The notes below the pieces were generated by a model. It did no database searches. It was not told where the DNA came from and saw only the letters and a list, made by a program, of their open reading frames with translations. Both the position numbers and the translations under genes were made by a program. A stretch of DNA of 64,000 nt from Toensbergia leucococca. Its lineage: Eukaryota. Shown piece after piece: positions 25,473-38,459 of the stretch (position 1 is the stretch's first letter; every line of letters begins with the position of its first letter). The DNA is taken from contig JALDZS010000128.1 in the NCBI GenBank assembly GCA_022813965.1, positions 1 through 64,000 of the forward strand, read 5' to 3'.

Positions 25473-26145
25473 TACAATTTACCTCCTTGCTAGCCTCCTT
25501 TCCAAGACTCTCAGAGTTCTCATCGATTGTGGGTACACAACTCCAACATTTCACAGGCAATCTAGGCCTTTATCCAAACCATACACACACACAGACCGAA
25601 TCACTCTGTCAATGAGGTATCCAATGACCGAACTCTACTATATACATCAGCTAACATTGTCACGAGCCTCTCAGCATCATCATTTATACATGGTTTGGAT
25701 TATAATATGCTGGGAGATAAATCCCACTTGTTCATTCTTCTCTTTCTCTATACTATACGTCGGCTCTCCCAGCACCTCGCCCACTCACACTCACACTCAT
25801 CCTGCCAATCAGTTCTCTCTCTTTTCATTGCAGTTGATCCCATATCTTGGCAATCGGACTTCGGTCCAAATGATTGCCCCTCGTCTCGAATCATTAGCAA
25901 GTCTCGTTCATCATCGTTATTCCTAGCGACTTGAATGCGAATGTCAATGATGATCATACGTATGCCAATGGCACAGCAAAGCGAATCGAAACGTTGTCTC
26001 AGCCATAATATTGCACTTTTTGCGCAGATGGATATTTCATGAAGTCATTCCCGTAAGATCCACTACGTCAGCATCTTACGTTTGCTGCCTGCCTACATTA
26101 AGGTACTCTTCATGCAATAATTTCCAATTTTATTGAGAGTATTCT

Positions 26146-27015
26146 ATGTTCTCTCGTCCTTTCATTCCCAAAGCTCGAATCCTCACCCACCGCATCACTA
26201 CCCCATCCCATCCATTCCAGCACTTCTTTACCACCACCAACAAAATGACCGACGCGTCCTCAAAGACCCACTTCCCCTCTTCCGGCCCTGGCGAGCACTA
26301 TGAGATTCGCCAGACTTCCTCCACCGACGACTACACCCCGGACCCCTCCAAATCTCTACCCCTTTCCCCTGCCCGCCAAGCACTTGTCGATGATATCATC
26401 GCCCTCTACAGCTGCGAGCCGACTATCGAACGCGTCAAGCGCTACACACCCGACTGTGTCTACGACGATCAATTTGTGTATGCTAACGACCGATATAAGA
26501 TGGCCGGGCAATGGTTTGCGTTGCCGAAATTATTCAATGCAAGCAAGAACCAGAGGTATCAAGTCGTCGTCAACGACAAAGATCTGATCCAATTTAAAAA
26601 CGAGCAAGTCCGTCCCCCTTCACCTCCCCCCTTTCTCCCTATTCTCCCCTTTCCTCCCCCCATCCTACTCCCCCTACTGCCAACCCCAGCTCACACCCCG
26701 CCAAAGTCCTGGACCTTCAAAATCATCCCCAAAACCGCCACCATCAACGCCCTCGTCTCCCTCTCCCTCGATCCCGCAACCGTCGACTCGGACTTCATCC
26801 AAGTCAAATACCACAAAGACCAAGCCAACGACAAGGACTACTCGCACGAGGGCGTGGGCTTCAGCTTCAAAAAGTGGCAGGCGGATAAGGTCATGCAGAA
26901 TATGGACAGTGAGGAGGTCAAGGTGTTTGAGAAGGATAAGGGGGCTGGGAAGGAGAGTGTGAGGAAGTATGGGAGTGGGGGCGTGGAGGGAGAGGCGCCT
27001 GTTAAGGATTTGTAA
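26146..27015 (+). CDS. Conserved fungal protein, possibly NTF2/SnoaL-like fold
   Basis: RYTPDCVYDDQFVYAN..QWFALPKLF..IQVKYHKDQ resembles a SnoaL-like fold. Probable 99-nt in-frame intron 26608-26706. Start 26146 (presequence-like) or 26245. Confidence 0.7.
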   Translation: MFSRPFIPKARILTHRITTPSHPFQHFFTTTNKMTDASSKTHFPSSGPGEHYEIRQTSSTDDYTPDPSKSLPLSPARQALVDDIIALYSCEPTIERVKRYTPDCVYDDQFVYANDRYKMAGQWFALPKLFNASKNQRYQVVVNDKDLIQFKNEQVRPPSPPPFLPILPFPPPILLPLLPTPAHTPPKSWTFKIIPKTATINALVSLSLDPATVDSDFIQVKYHKDQANDKDYSHEGVGFSFKKWQADKVMQNMDSEEVKVFEKDKGAGKESVRKYGSGGVEGEAPVKDL

Positions 27016-27310
27016 GGGGGAGAGTGAAGAGGGAATGGGTGGTGGGTTTAGGGAGGGGGGTTTTGGGATTGGTGGAGTTTGTTGTTGTGAACATCCATGT
27101 CATCTTTTCTTACAAAAAATTGTATTTCACAAATATGTCAAAAGGAATAATTCCTCAATTCTAATCCCAAAGTAATAAACCCCACCCGGCCCCGATTGCA
27201 TTAGCGAAGACCCACCCCCCCACTACCTACTCTGCACATTCCCCCGCACTTCTTCCCCCCCACGCACTCCACAATAACAGAATCATCAAAAAATGTTTCC
27301 CAAAACAATG

Positions 27311-27432
27311 TGCCCCCACTGCGACTTGAACGCAGGGCCTTTGCATAACTTAAACTTTGTGAGAATCGATGTGTGGGATTTTTTTTCGGAAAAGTTTACA
27401 AGTGCAACGCTCTACCACTGAGCTATAGGGGC
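27311..27432 (-). tRNA. tRNA-Thr(UGU) with 50-nt intron
   Basis: GCCCCTA TAGCTCAGTGGTAGAGC G TTGCA CT TGT A [intron 27347-27396] A TGCAA AGGCC CTGCG TTCAAGT CGCAG TGGGGGC A. Complete cloverleaf, A/B boxes, intron at the canonical 37/38 position. Confidence 0.95.
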
Positions 27433-27992
27433 AAACTGAATTTGAGGATTTTTATTTGGATTATCATTTGAGAGTAGAGGTGGGGTTGTGCTGGTGTGCG
27501 TGAGTTGGATCTTTTGATGAATTTTGTGAAAAGGCGGGATTTTTTGTTTATTTTTGTTTGTTATACGAGTATACATGACAAAACTCAACCGCTGACTACT
27601 TGCACTCACTCAAATCCTCCCTTCAAAAAAAATTCAAAAAAAAAAACAAACCAGCTAGATAACAAAACCCATTCCCTCATCCCCCACAAACCCCCCAAAA
27701 AAAGAATCTCTGTCTAGACACAAAACCACAAAATCAACCCCCCCCCCAAACCAAAGAACCCAACTCCACAACCCCCACACCTTCCCCAAAAAACGCGTCT
27801 CTCTTGCAATGTCTTTCTCAAAATTTCTCGAGGGGTGAAAAGATAAGAATCAGTAACATTTTTTAAGAGAGTAGGGTGGGAGGTGAGTTATGATTGAAGG
27901 GAGGTGATCTATTTGGGGGGTCTATGTTTTGTATATGAGGTGAGGTGGGAGTAGAGGGGGTTTAAGGGCGGGGTCTTTGATGGGATTTTGAT

Positions 27993-28042
<50 letters not shown>
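27993..28042. repeat. Poly-G homopolymer (~50 nt)
   Basis: Uninterrupted G run inside a G-rich intergenic tract. The length may be an assembly artefact. Confidence 0.85.
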
Positions 28043-28043
<1 letters not shown>

Positions 28044-28396
28044 GGGTAGTGTTGCAGGTTGTCTGTTGAATAGAATGAGGGCTTCTCGGTGTCAGAGGAA
28101 ATAATATTTTTTTGGGCCTCGTTTTTATAAAGAAGCATCTGAGATGTTTTGAGGGGCTAGTTTGGTGTTTTGAATACTCGAACTAGGTAGCCAATTTTCC
28201 GAGACTGTTGCTTCAGATGTTTTTCTGCCACGCTGGAAGACACGCTTTGCACAATGTCCAAAACCGCTGGAAGAATTTTTTTCATTGGTATCATCTCTGC
28301 TAATTTCAAGCCTTTCTTTTTCCTTACAGTATATCGCCTTCATGTCTTCATACCTAATTCTAATACAAAACATCTCGCATCCACCCAGATTTGCCC

Positions 28397-29883
28397 CTAA
28401 AATCGATACTGCACCGGCTGTCGGGCTTCCACCGGCGAGGCTGGCTCTTCGGGTGCAGGGACGCCGTGGGTGATTGTGTTGTTCGGCGATAAGTTTTGTG
28501 CCTGAGGAAAGCTTGCTGTGGCCCGGTAGCCTGGAAAGTAAGGATTCGTCTGCGCGAGCCGAGGTGGGGAAGGAGCGCCGTAGTTTTTGGGCTCTTGCGG
28601 AGCGTACAGATTCGGGACTTGGGTGGAGTCGGCTTCGTGGTAGCCGCTGGATGAGGGTTGGGGTTCTGAGGGGACTGCTTTGCGGGGCGGTGGCCCTGGG
28701 GGAGGAAGGACTGGTGGTGAGGCCGAGGGTGTTGCGTTGCCGAGGGCTTTTCTGGCTTGGAGGACGGCGCGTTGGTGGCGGGACATGGCTTGGGTGAGCT
28801 GGTCGTTTGTTTCAATGAGGGTGAGGAGGGTGTCGTCGTCCGGGGCGGGGTTATCGCTGTGGATGTAGCTCTGGATGGAGCGTGAGGCGGACTGGGTCCT
28901 GTCGGCGAATTCTTTGATGAGGTCGTTGGCGAGAATTTCGTGCGGTGGTGTTGACTGAACGACTTGGAGGAGGAGTTTGGCGCTTGTTTTTGCTTCTTCG
29001 ATTCTTTGGGCTAGTTCTTGCGGGTTAGGGAGGCCGCGGGGGCGGTGGGTGCGTGCGAAGTAATTTTGTTGGACTGGGGCGTAGATAGGGGTAGGTGCGC
29101 TCAAGGCTCTTGGGATGGGAGGCTGGGGCTTTTTTAGGATCTTGTGGGCCAATTCAGAGAGATAAGTGGAGTGGACTTACTGCGCCTGGACCTCGTCTGA
29201 ACTGCTTTTCCTTCTCTTTCTTCCACATCTCCCGTAACGGACTTAGGTTCTCGTCGTCGGCCTTCTGGATCTCGAATGTGTCCATCGTCTCCCTGAGTAT
29301 TTGCTGCACGCTCATATCCCTCCCCTCCCTCAGAAGCTCCTTGACGACAATTACAAACTTCCCGTCCAGATTTCTCGTAAAGGTCTTGCCCGGGTTATCC
29401 GCCAGTATGCGCATCAGCATGATAGCATTGTATTGTACATAGGCTCTCTGAGCGTTATCCTTGGAGAGGAACTTGCGAATAGCGTTTGCACCTTCTCTTG
29501 CTGCCGTTGGACTGGACTCTGCTGCCTCGACTATGACTGGGAGATGGAGAACTTCTTCGCCCTGGGAGTTGAACATGAGCAGACCATAGCTATCTCGTCT
29601 TTCTTAAATGCAATAACATACTGAGTTGTTTGGCCCTCCAGACTCGCAGAACAGCCTCTGCCTGCAACGTCAGTATCCCGCTCCACACTGTGACTCTCAT
29701 GGCATCTAACCACTCCTCTGCCAATGCTAGCTTCGGGCGTGTCTCCATTAGGGAGAGCAGTCTCGCGGCCTGGGGGAGATGATTCAGCGACGAGCTTGGA
29801 CAAGATATATGGATTGTACGCATTGCAGAGTACTTGGTATGCTTACCCCCACGCTTATTGATTGTCCCTATCAATTTCTTCAT
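28397..29883 (-). CDS. VHS-like/GAT domain membrane-trafficking adaptor
   Basis: 5 exons stitched in frame (MKKLIG..RLFCESGGPNNSGEEVLHLPVIVEAAESSP..VQYNAIMLMRILADN). GAT-like ELAQRIEEAK..LLTLIETNDQL and a Pro-rich tail. Confidence 0.82.
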
Positions 29884-30398
29884 CTCCAAGTAATGTTTGC
29901 GACCGTGGTGATTCTGACAAGAAACTCGATCAACTGCAGCCTTATGCAACGCCGGTTGTCACGGATGTAGGGCTGCAGGGCGGTTGGGTTTCTATTGGCT
30001 GTTCAATTTCTAAACTGGGGGTAGAGTACCAGTATCCGTATTTCGGACTTATTGTATCTATGACAAGAGGCAAAACATGTTGCGTGAATTGCACAGCCCC
30101 TTTCTTCCGATTAACCGCTGCATGTTGGACTACGCAACTCGTCACCGGCTTTTTCAATCATCTGATTCGTACACCACTTTGAGATTGGTATGGAGATTTG
30201 GTTTCACTCGGGCACTTTCCTGCTGATGCAGAGACAAATATTTGCGTCGGAAAAGGGCGCATACTGAGACGGCCAGTTTCATTACTCCACGAATCGAGGG
30301 AATATTGATACCTTACTCACGCTAAATCGCAAGATCAAATATTCTTTGAACTACCGAGTATGCTCCAGCTTTATACAAGATCTTTAAGACTCCATGAC

Positions 30399-31996
30399 CT
30401 ATGTACCGTCATCGTCCTCGTCATTGCTATCGATTGGTTCCACAATCAAATTACCACTGCGCCCAAGTCTACTTCCAACCGTCCCTCCACTCTCGAGATC
30501 ATAGACTGTCCGCGGCATCGGCGATACTAGTCGAAAGTTGTATACATGTTCGTAGCCTTGAGGCTCGCTGATATTTGAAGATACTTCGGATTGTAGAGTT
30601 TCGTAGCATTCGACGAAAGCGTATAACTCTTCCGTCTTGGTATCCTCTGTAAATCTTCGGATTACCCTTTCTCCAGATTGCATTCGAATGCTTACACGGC
30701 TAAAGTTCTTGAATTCGTTGCTGGGCTCCGACGGTATCTTTTGGGCTCTCCACCTTCTCCACTGATCTAAGTCCCGTATTTTCTTCTCTTCTGCCTCCTG
30801 CCTAACAACCGCTTCCTGCCTGAGGCGCTCTTCTGTAGCTTCAACTTCTCGCCGTTGTCTTGTACGCTCGCGGTCTTGCGTCAGAGATCTCTCGTATGCG
30901 CTATTTTGTTCTTCGCGCAGATTTCGGGTTGCTTGTTGCTCGGCCCTGGCTCCTCGTACTCGATCTAGAGCAGCGGAGTGTTGAGTGATCGCAGTTCGTA
31001 GCCGTGGCACAAATGCTGACGGGGGTAATAATCCAGTTATTCGGGCCACGGTTGACATTGATGATGAAGAATCTTGAGGGGTATGCGCAATCAGAGCCGC
31101 GAATGGAAATTTACTACAATTCAAGGCGTTGGAAACTTGGTAAGCCTCGGAATCTTGCACGCTCCCTGCCCATAATATGATGCCGTTCCGAGGATCATTA
31201 ACGTAGGTGACAACTTCTTGTGATAATAGTGTCTCTCGGACAAACGTTGAGGTATCATCATGCTCGGGCGATATGAGCAACACCAGTAGAAACTTTAGCT
31301 CCTTTTTCGCAAGGTCATAAGCTTGAGCATAACCACCATCAAATAATTGCAAAGAGTGACTGCCATATTCCTCCTCAAACTCGCGCACAAACCTCGAAGC
31401 GGTGTCCCGTGGATTCAAAGGCCTTCGTCCGGTAGTATTGTACCGAGAAGCTGGGCTGGTGCCTCCGGATGATAGGCTAGAGAGCAAGCGTGGGAGAAAT
31501 GGAAATAGAAAACCAAAGAGGCCCAACGAACTAGTTACCAATCGGTATAAAACATTGAATGGAGTGAGTAATATTGCAAAGAGTAAGGGGGGTCTGTAAG
31601 CGGCTCTCTCAGGCTGTGGTACTATTCGAGGTGCGGGTTCCCGACGAGTAGGACTTGGAGTATGTGGAAATGACGATGAGCCATTCAACAGGGTCTCACG
31701 ATGTGAGGACTGTGATGGAGTGGGGGAGGATGCTAGTCTGGCCCGGGCTTCTTCCACAGGATCTGGGGCTTCACCATCGAAGAATCTTGCAATGGCAAAC
31801 TAGAGACCTCTTTAGTGTCTGCTTGGGGCACGTAACAAAGAGTGACTGTAGGGATATATACCTGGACATTCCATTGCGACCTTTGCAGCAGGGGGATAGC
31901 TGCAGCAAGGTCCTGATCTGTGACGGATGTGTATGTTTGCAAGGCCACCTGCTGGCTGTCACTGAGTGTACTGATGTCCACGTCTGGGCTCGCCAT
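30399..31996 (-). CDS. UBA-UAS-UBX domain protein (Ubx2/FAF2-like Cdc48 cofactor)
   Basis: N-terminal UBA-like (LLQRSQWNVQ), hydrophobic hairpin, UAS (AKKELKFLLV..KFPF), coiled coil LREEQNSAYERSL, C-terminal UBX. Intron ~31800-31861. Confidence 0.9.
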
Positions 31997-32469
31997 CAAT
32001 ACCAGTCTTGGGATCTATTTGAAAATTAAATTAACTCAACAAGTATTCAAGAAGGATTGTGTCAGTTGTTCACGGGGATTGATGTCTCTCAGAGGACCTT
32101 CAACCTTCAAGCGGCGCCAGAGACGTGGCTCGTGCACGAACCAAGACAATTTAAGGATGTTCGGAGTTAAACAACGTCTCCTAGGCTTCCATGGTGGCTA
32201 TACTACTCCATCCTGCGCTTTAAGCTCTTGATTTATTCTATATTACTTTACCATCTTAGCCATCTATAGCATTTACTCGCGCAATCGTTGCATGATTGGC
32301 TTTCTCAGGAACCGCGAAGCCAGTGCGAGTGGGCAACTTCGGGACAGGAATGAGGTCTAATCCCACGTAAAGTTTTATGCTTTTCAACTGCTAAAAAGTG
32401 CTTAGTCTATTGCGAATCAACCGTATAAAGAAGATGCCTCTCCCCGAGAGTTAGGATGCGGACAAGGAA

Positions 32470-35400
32470 ATGGCCACCATCACACAAGGCAACGCAGAGG
32501 AGTTGCGGCGGGTAGCATCGTCTACTGCATCCAAAGGGCGCGGTAAGGGCATAATGATCTGATGCATGAGAGCAGTTGAGACGTCTTGGGCTTGGTTGTG
32601 GAGACTGATCTGGGCGTCGGGGAGTAGAAAATGCCAAAGATACGCTTTGTAGGAACGTAACGATATATGGCCATTGTCGCTATGAAGACAAAGGTGCTTG
32701 CATGCCCACAACGGGTACCTAGCTGAGCAAGAAGCAAGAAGCTGATACGTACATGAAGGATGCGCTTTCAACCATGATCCAGTCAAAGCTCCAGCACCAC
32801 CCAATCAGGTGGACAGGTCTGAAACCGCAGTCTCCGAGTGAATGAACATAGTCATACTCACCTGCATTATGTCCTCTTTAGCATCAAGAAACGACTCAAC
32901 GTTGAATCGCCGAGCTTCACACCGTCATCTCTTGCTGTAAACGGTTCTCATCCCACAACAAAGTCTGCAGGCATATCGCCAAAGGCAGCCAGCGCCGCCC
33001 CATTCAAACCAAAAGGTCTTGTACCAGGTAATTTATGCCGAAGAAACACTCGAGTTGTGGTTTGACTTTAAGTAGCTACTAGTATGAAGCAGTATAATCC
33101 CACCGCCCCCGAATGGGCCGCGCCAGAGGCCCAGGAGTTCCTTCCGCAAGCATTCAACTCAGTATCCACTGTAAGTCCTACTTCACTAAACTCTCGCCCT
33201 ACTTTCCTTCGTTCTTCACTGGCCCTTCGTATGACACGTAACCCAAACTCGTATCGAACTGGATAGAAGAGATGAGGCTGGAGAAGACATTCCTTCGCCA
33301 TCGGTTGTAAAAAATATGGAGCCCGAGTCTATCAACGACCCTGGACAATCTCTCGATGACGAAGAACATATGCGATGCCACTTTGGGAATGCACCTATTT
33401 ACTCTGATCCATCTCCCGAGATTCGCGAGGCTTGTATAAGGAGTGCCTCCAGGAATGTCAGCCCTCAGCCTGCCCACAGAAATATCAAGCATATCAAGAT
33501 GCCTACTGCACCTGTGGAAATCTCAACGCCTTTTTCGCATCATCGCAATGCTTACTCGGAATCTCACATTGCGAACGGCAACAGATCCCATCCTCGATCA
33601 CGAGGCTTCCTGTATGGCTCTGAGGATGCAAGGACTCAAAGTATAGACACTAAGCGCTCTAGATTGAACGTTCCCTACTAATCTCGGTCTTCACTAGACA
33701 GTAGAAATGGGCATGTAATAGGGCGATATCTCCATAATCGCCATGCTCGTCCAGAATATTATTCCCCACAGATGCAATACCGGCGCCCACCTATTCCTCG
33801 GAACTTTCCCAACCCCGTTTTCCCATACTTCACACCCTTCATTCCCCCTTCGTCTTTTCAATATCAAAGGTATCCTAATATATCAAATGTTTTCCAGGGT
33901 GACAATGCCTCTCAAACACCCCAGTCGGTACCTTTCGATCCTTTCGGTACCACAACGCCCTCGCTTCCTGCACCTAGTCAACTCAACCAAACTCTACAGG
34001 TAAATCCCTATGCTCAAGATACAAGCAATGTTGGTGGAGCGTCGTATTTTCAAGGTTCTAATAACTACTCGCAACCGGTAAGCTCATTGAAGCATTACGT
34101 GAGGACATTGAAAAGTATTCTAATCTGCAATTGAGGTGCAATACCATCTTTACGCACCGCTTGGTCCAATGAGAGAGAAATTATTGCCTAATCAGAGAAC
34201 GCTGAAAGACCTCTTTATCTCTGACAAAATACGTGAAGAGCTTCAGAAAAAGTCTCATGCAACCATCCAGACCATACCAAGTAAGTCTTAGTTTAGCAGA
34301 TAAATCACCGCAAAAGTGTGTCTTTTTAATGTGCCTACCAGACCTCAACCTACCAAACGTTGAACATTTTCATTCTTTGGTCCCACTGGACCACGGTGAC
34401 CAAAAAAATACAAGTCTTTTTGGATATTCGACTTGGATTTATAGGGTCGTAAGTGCTCGCAACGGCAACACATATGCTCTCAGGCGGCTGTCAGGCAGGT
34501 CTCGACTCTTTGGTGTGTCTAAGATTTTGATGAACTAATAGCAATACATCAATAAAGGTTATCGTTTCCCAAACGAACAAGCCGTCCGATCTGTTCAACA
34601 AAATTGGAGCCAAATCAGGAACGGGAGTGTAGTGAATGTCATGGCAGCATTTACGAATGGAGGGTTTGGAGACAGTTCTCTTTTTTTCGTCACAGACTAC
34701 CATCCACTGTCAGAAACGCTTGCTCAGAAGCATTTTGCATCCTCTCCCCGATACCAAAACCGCAATCAGACGGTACATGTCAAAGAGCAAGTGCTGTTAG
34801 GATACATGGTCCAGATAGCAAATGCTTTGAAAGCGATTCACGATGAGAACCTTGCTGCCAGGGTGATAGACCCAAGTAAGGTTCTCTTGACCAGTGAGAA
34901 TCGAGTTCGACTCAATGCTTGCGGAATCATGGATGTTGTGCAGCATGACACCGCTCTCAGCACACAAGAATTACAGCGAGAAGATCTGGAAAAGTTCGGT
35001 AAACTCATCCTTGCAGTTGGTACCAACACTCCAGCCGCTATGAACAACATGCTGGCGATACCAAAAGCCATGGAACTATTCTCCCGCGCCTACCCCAATC
35101 TCAGAGACTCGATACTCTGGCTACTGGATTCTACGGACAAGACGGCCAGTATCCAAACATTCATTACGATGATCTCTATGAACGTAATGACCGCTTTCGA
35201 CAGCACTCTACACTTTGACGACCAGCTCAACTCGGAACTCAACCGTGAGCTGGAAAACTCACGTATTGTGCGCTTAATGACTAAACTCAACTTCATCAAC
35301 GAACGACCGGAATATGAGCAGGACCAACAATGGAGCGAATACGGAGAGCGGTACTACCTGAAACTCTTTCGCGATTACGTCTTCCATCAAGTGGATGCAC

Positions 35401-35591
35401 ATGGAAATCCTGTCCTGGATCTCCACCACGTCTTGTCATGTGTGAACAAATTGGATGTCGGAGTGGATGAGAGAATCACATTAACAAGCCGGGACGAGCA
35501 GAGTTGTTACGTGGTCAGTTATCGGGAACTGAAGAAGGGCGTCGAAGGGGCTTTTGGGGATTTGATGAAGGCGGCGAGGAGGGGAGCTTAG
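32470..35591 (+). CDS. PAN3: PAN2-PAN3 deadenylase subunit Pan3
   Basis: CCCH finger (LCRNVTIYGHCRYEDKGCAFNH), PAM2-like LNVESPSFTP, QYHLYAP, pseudokinase, and C-terminal ELENSRIVRLMTKLNFINERPE..WSEYGERY. Many introns, including a 727-nt one. Confidence 0.95.
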
Positions 35592-36708
35592 GCTCGAGTA
35601 TAACAGACTGATCATAATGATTATAACAGGTCGTCACTAGGATATGAAAGAAAAAAGATACATTTGAAGCACTTTACTTCTTGACTTTTGATGCTGACTC
35701 TGATCTGCTCAAGCGAACGTGGCTGAAAGAGACTTCTCGGGTCTGTTCTGTGATTATCCATTCTAGGATTAGCATCGTCCTATACTGATTCAACTCACAG
35801 CCCCCATTTCCTCTGATCTGATCGCATGTGAAGTGCGCAGTCTCTATATGAATCGGAGAGTGAACAGTGTTTAGTGGATATTCTTCCTTCACCCTCTACT
35901 ATAACTTGCTCCTCCCACCTCACAAGGTATTTTCTCTTACACATCACAACCATCTCTTCTTTCGACGTGTTGCTTTGTTAGCAGCTCCTGCGTTCTCTGT
36001 ATCTGTCCATATCTCTCTATTAGACATATGCTTTGATAGCCCCATCGCATCCCGATTCAGGTTTTTTGCTAGGCGGACCAATTGCGTTTTTGAGAAGGGA
36101 CTCAAGTACCTTGTCTTGATTATTTTTTTTCGTTTCAGCTGATACTCGTAGTTCCAGATTGAAAATGGGCCGCCTGACTCGGAGAATGTCACAATTTTCC
36201 CTTGTGCTCTCAATGTACCTAACACTTATCAGATATCGTTCAAAGATGGCAGATGGCCGCGGTGGTAGATCTTGGCTCCCAAGGGGATTGTGGAAAAAGG
36301 AAGGAAGTTTGATTGGTCTGGCTTAGTAAGGGGGAAATTGTAAGACTTTGAGATCAAGCTGATACTTTTTCTGCCTTGAAGCACAAAATGCCGCGTGGGA
36401 TCTTAACACTGCTATGACCAAGTTCTGTTATGTGTGCTGAAATTAAAAGGCCAAGTGGCTGAGGGCAACGATTGATTCAATTGTGTACCTACCTCCCTTT
36501 CCCTATGTTTCTCACCGACGTAATCTACTCTATGCTCAGCCAACAATTCATCATTGAAGGTAGCCTTCAACTCCATCTTTATCCACGCATTATTAGGTGC
36601 TATTGAGTACCCATCCTCGCGTTCAACCTACATTCTCCAAATCCTAGGTTTTAGTCTTGACCCACCATCAGCTACCGTCATTCCATCTCACCCCGAGACA
36701 CCTGATCT

Positions 36709-38141
36709 TCACAAAACACTAGACAGCCGTTTTAGAGACGTCTTGATATCTCTCAGCTCCCTTTCAGGTACTTTATCATCTTTCGGAAACCCCTCAAAGC
36801 TCCTGTCCCATGACCACCGTCGAATCATTTCCTCGGATAATTCGCCTTCAAGCATCTTGATCACATATTCTCCAACAATGGGAAGGAATTTCCAGCCATG
36901 GAATGTGCCGCCTGTGGCAACGTAGAGGCTGTGGCAGCGAGGGTGGGGACATATGAACCAATTCGAGTCCATGGTGAAGCCATCCCTACATTTTGAATTA
37001 GTAAATGCGGGTTATCATACCTCGTGAGCTTACCAGCAGATCCTGAAAGTATCCGGTTTCAAATCTTGGGCTTGATTGCCGTAGATCCCTTTCATCACTA
37101 TGGCTAGCTCTTCCCTCAGACCAGCTGGGATGGTCTGCGGGCTTGTCCATTGGCTTCTTTCCGTACTAATCACCGGGACAGAAATCATTTGGCCCGAGGC
37201 TGCATGCTCAACGGTATTTTTGAAGGTGACATCGCGGATGAACTTGAGCTGACCGTCTGGTGTAGGTGGCATCGTTTGTCCTACAGCATTGAAAGCTTCA
37301 GCATCAACGTCATAATCTTGCTGCACCTTTCAATGACTGTACCTTGAGTCTTGCCAGCATCAAGTACGAACACTGGTACATCCTTGAACCTTTGTACCTG
37401 CTCTGGGTTTAGGCTGACTGCAGCTGTACAAACGGCGGCGGCAGTGATTCTATTTCCGACTTGCAACTCTGGCTGGTCAGGAGCGCTATCAGCCAGCAGC
37501 TTCGCAGTTCCGGCACCAGTGCAAAGAATGATGTTGGCCGCGGGAAAAATTCTTCCGTCTTCAGTCTTGACGCCAGTACAACGCCCGTCTTCCAAGAGAA
37601 GTCGTGCAACAGATGCGGCGACGTACTGCACACCATTCTCGACGGCGGCTTCAATGGCGCTTGTCAAAGCTCTTGTAGCTTCCGCCCACCCGCTCAAAGG
37701 ATTCCAGAATATCTCATCCACCTCCTCATAATCAGCATCCGAGAAAAGACCTCCAAATCTCGTTTTCATCTCTTCCGGACGGAAGATCTCAGCTTCATAG
37801 TGGACACCAAGTTTCTTGAAATTGTCTATGATCTGCTTTCCCAAGCTGACCTCGCCATTCTCAATTGTGACCATACCAGCTTGATGATACCATTGTTTGA
37901 AAATTGGCTCGTTTCTCCAACGATCCAAAGCCTTGAGGGCAAGATCACAGTAGAAGATATCCTCGTAGTCGGCCCGCACGACCTTGTTGATATCATGAGA
38001 GGCTGCTATTGGACATGGAAAAGGGGTGCGATCGATCAACACGATCGAAGCAGACGGCTGCTGCCTCGATAAGTGTAGGGCAGTCGAGGCACCGAAGACT
38101 CCGGCGCCAACAATGAGATATGATGGCTGGGCTGTCGACAT
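36709..38141 (-). CDS. FAD-dependent oxidoreductase, sarcosine/pipecolate/fructosyl-amine oxidase family
   Basis: Rossmann GAGVFG, ASHDINKVVR, RICWD (FAD-linked Cys), ATGGTFHGWKFLP. Two introns. Confidence 0.9.
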
Positions 38142-38452
38142 GATGGAGCGTGCTAGCATCAAAGGGCTTTGGAAACATGACTGCGGATGGTGATCAGGCT
38201 ACGCTTTTCTGTGTTTCTGTATCCTGGATGATGATGATGATGATGGAGTACGGAATATCCGGATTGATTCCACCAATAAACCCTGCCCCTCTTTTCCTTT
38301 CTCCTCACCCCTCGCTAACAATGGCAGCTAGCAGGGGATAACGGCAGGCTGACCCCGCGAGTGCCAGGGACTTTTCAGCGCGAACCATGGCGTCAAATCA
38401 CAGGATGCCGCAACGTCGCCGCTTCTCTGGATGACGCCACTCGACGCCTGCA

Positions 38453-38459
38453 TGACTCA
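38453..38459. promoter_or_regulatory. Candidate CpcA/Gcn4 response element TGACTCA
   Basis: Exact TGACTCA about 310 bp upstream of the FAD amine oxidase start, near two TGACGCCA motifs. Short motifs can occur by chance. Confidence 0.3.

Noticed and set aside
35944..36225. 93-aa minus-strand ORF
   Set aside because: Non-ATG start, no recognisable domain, and adjacent upstream stop codons. Could be a gene relic but is unsupported.
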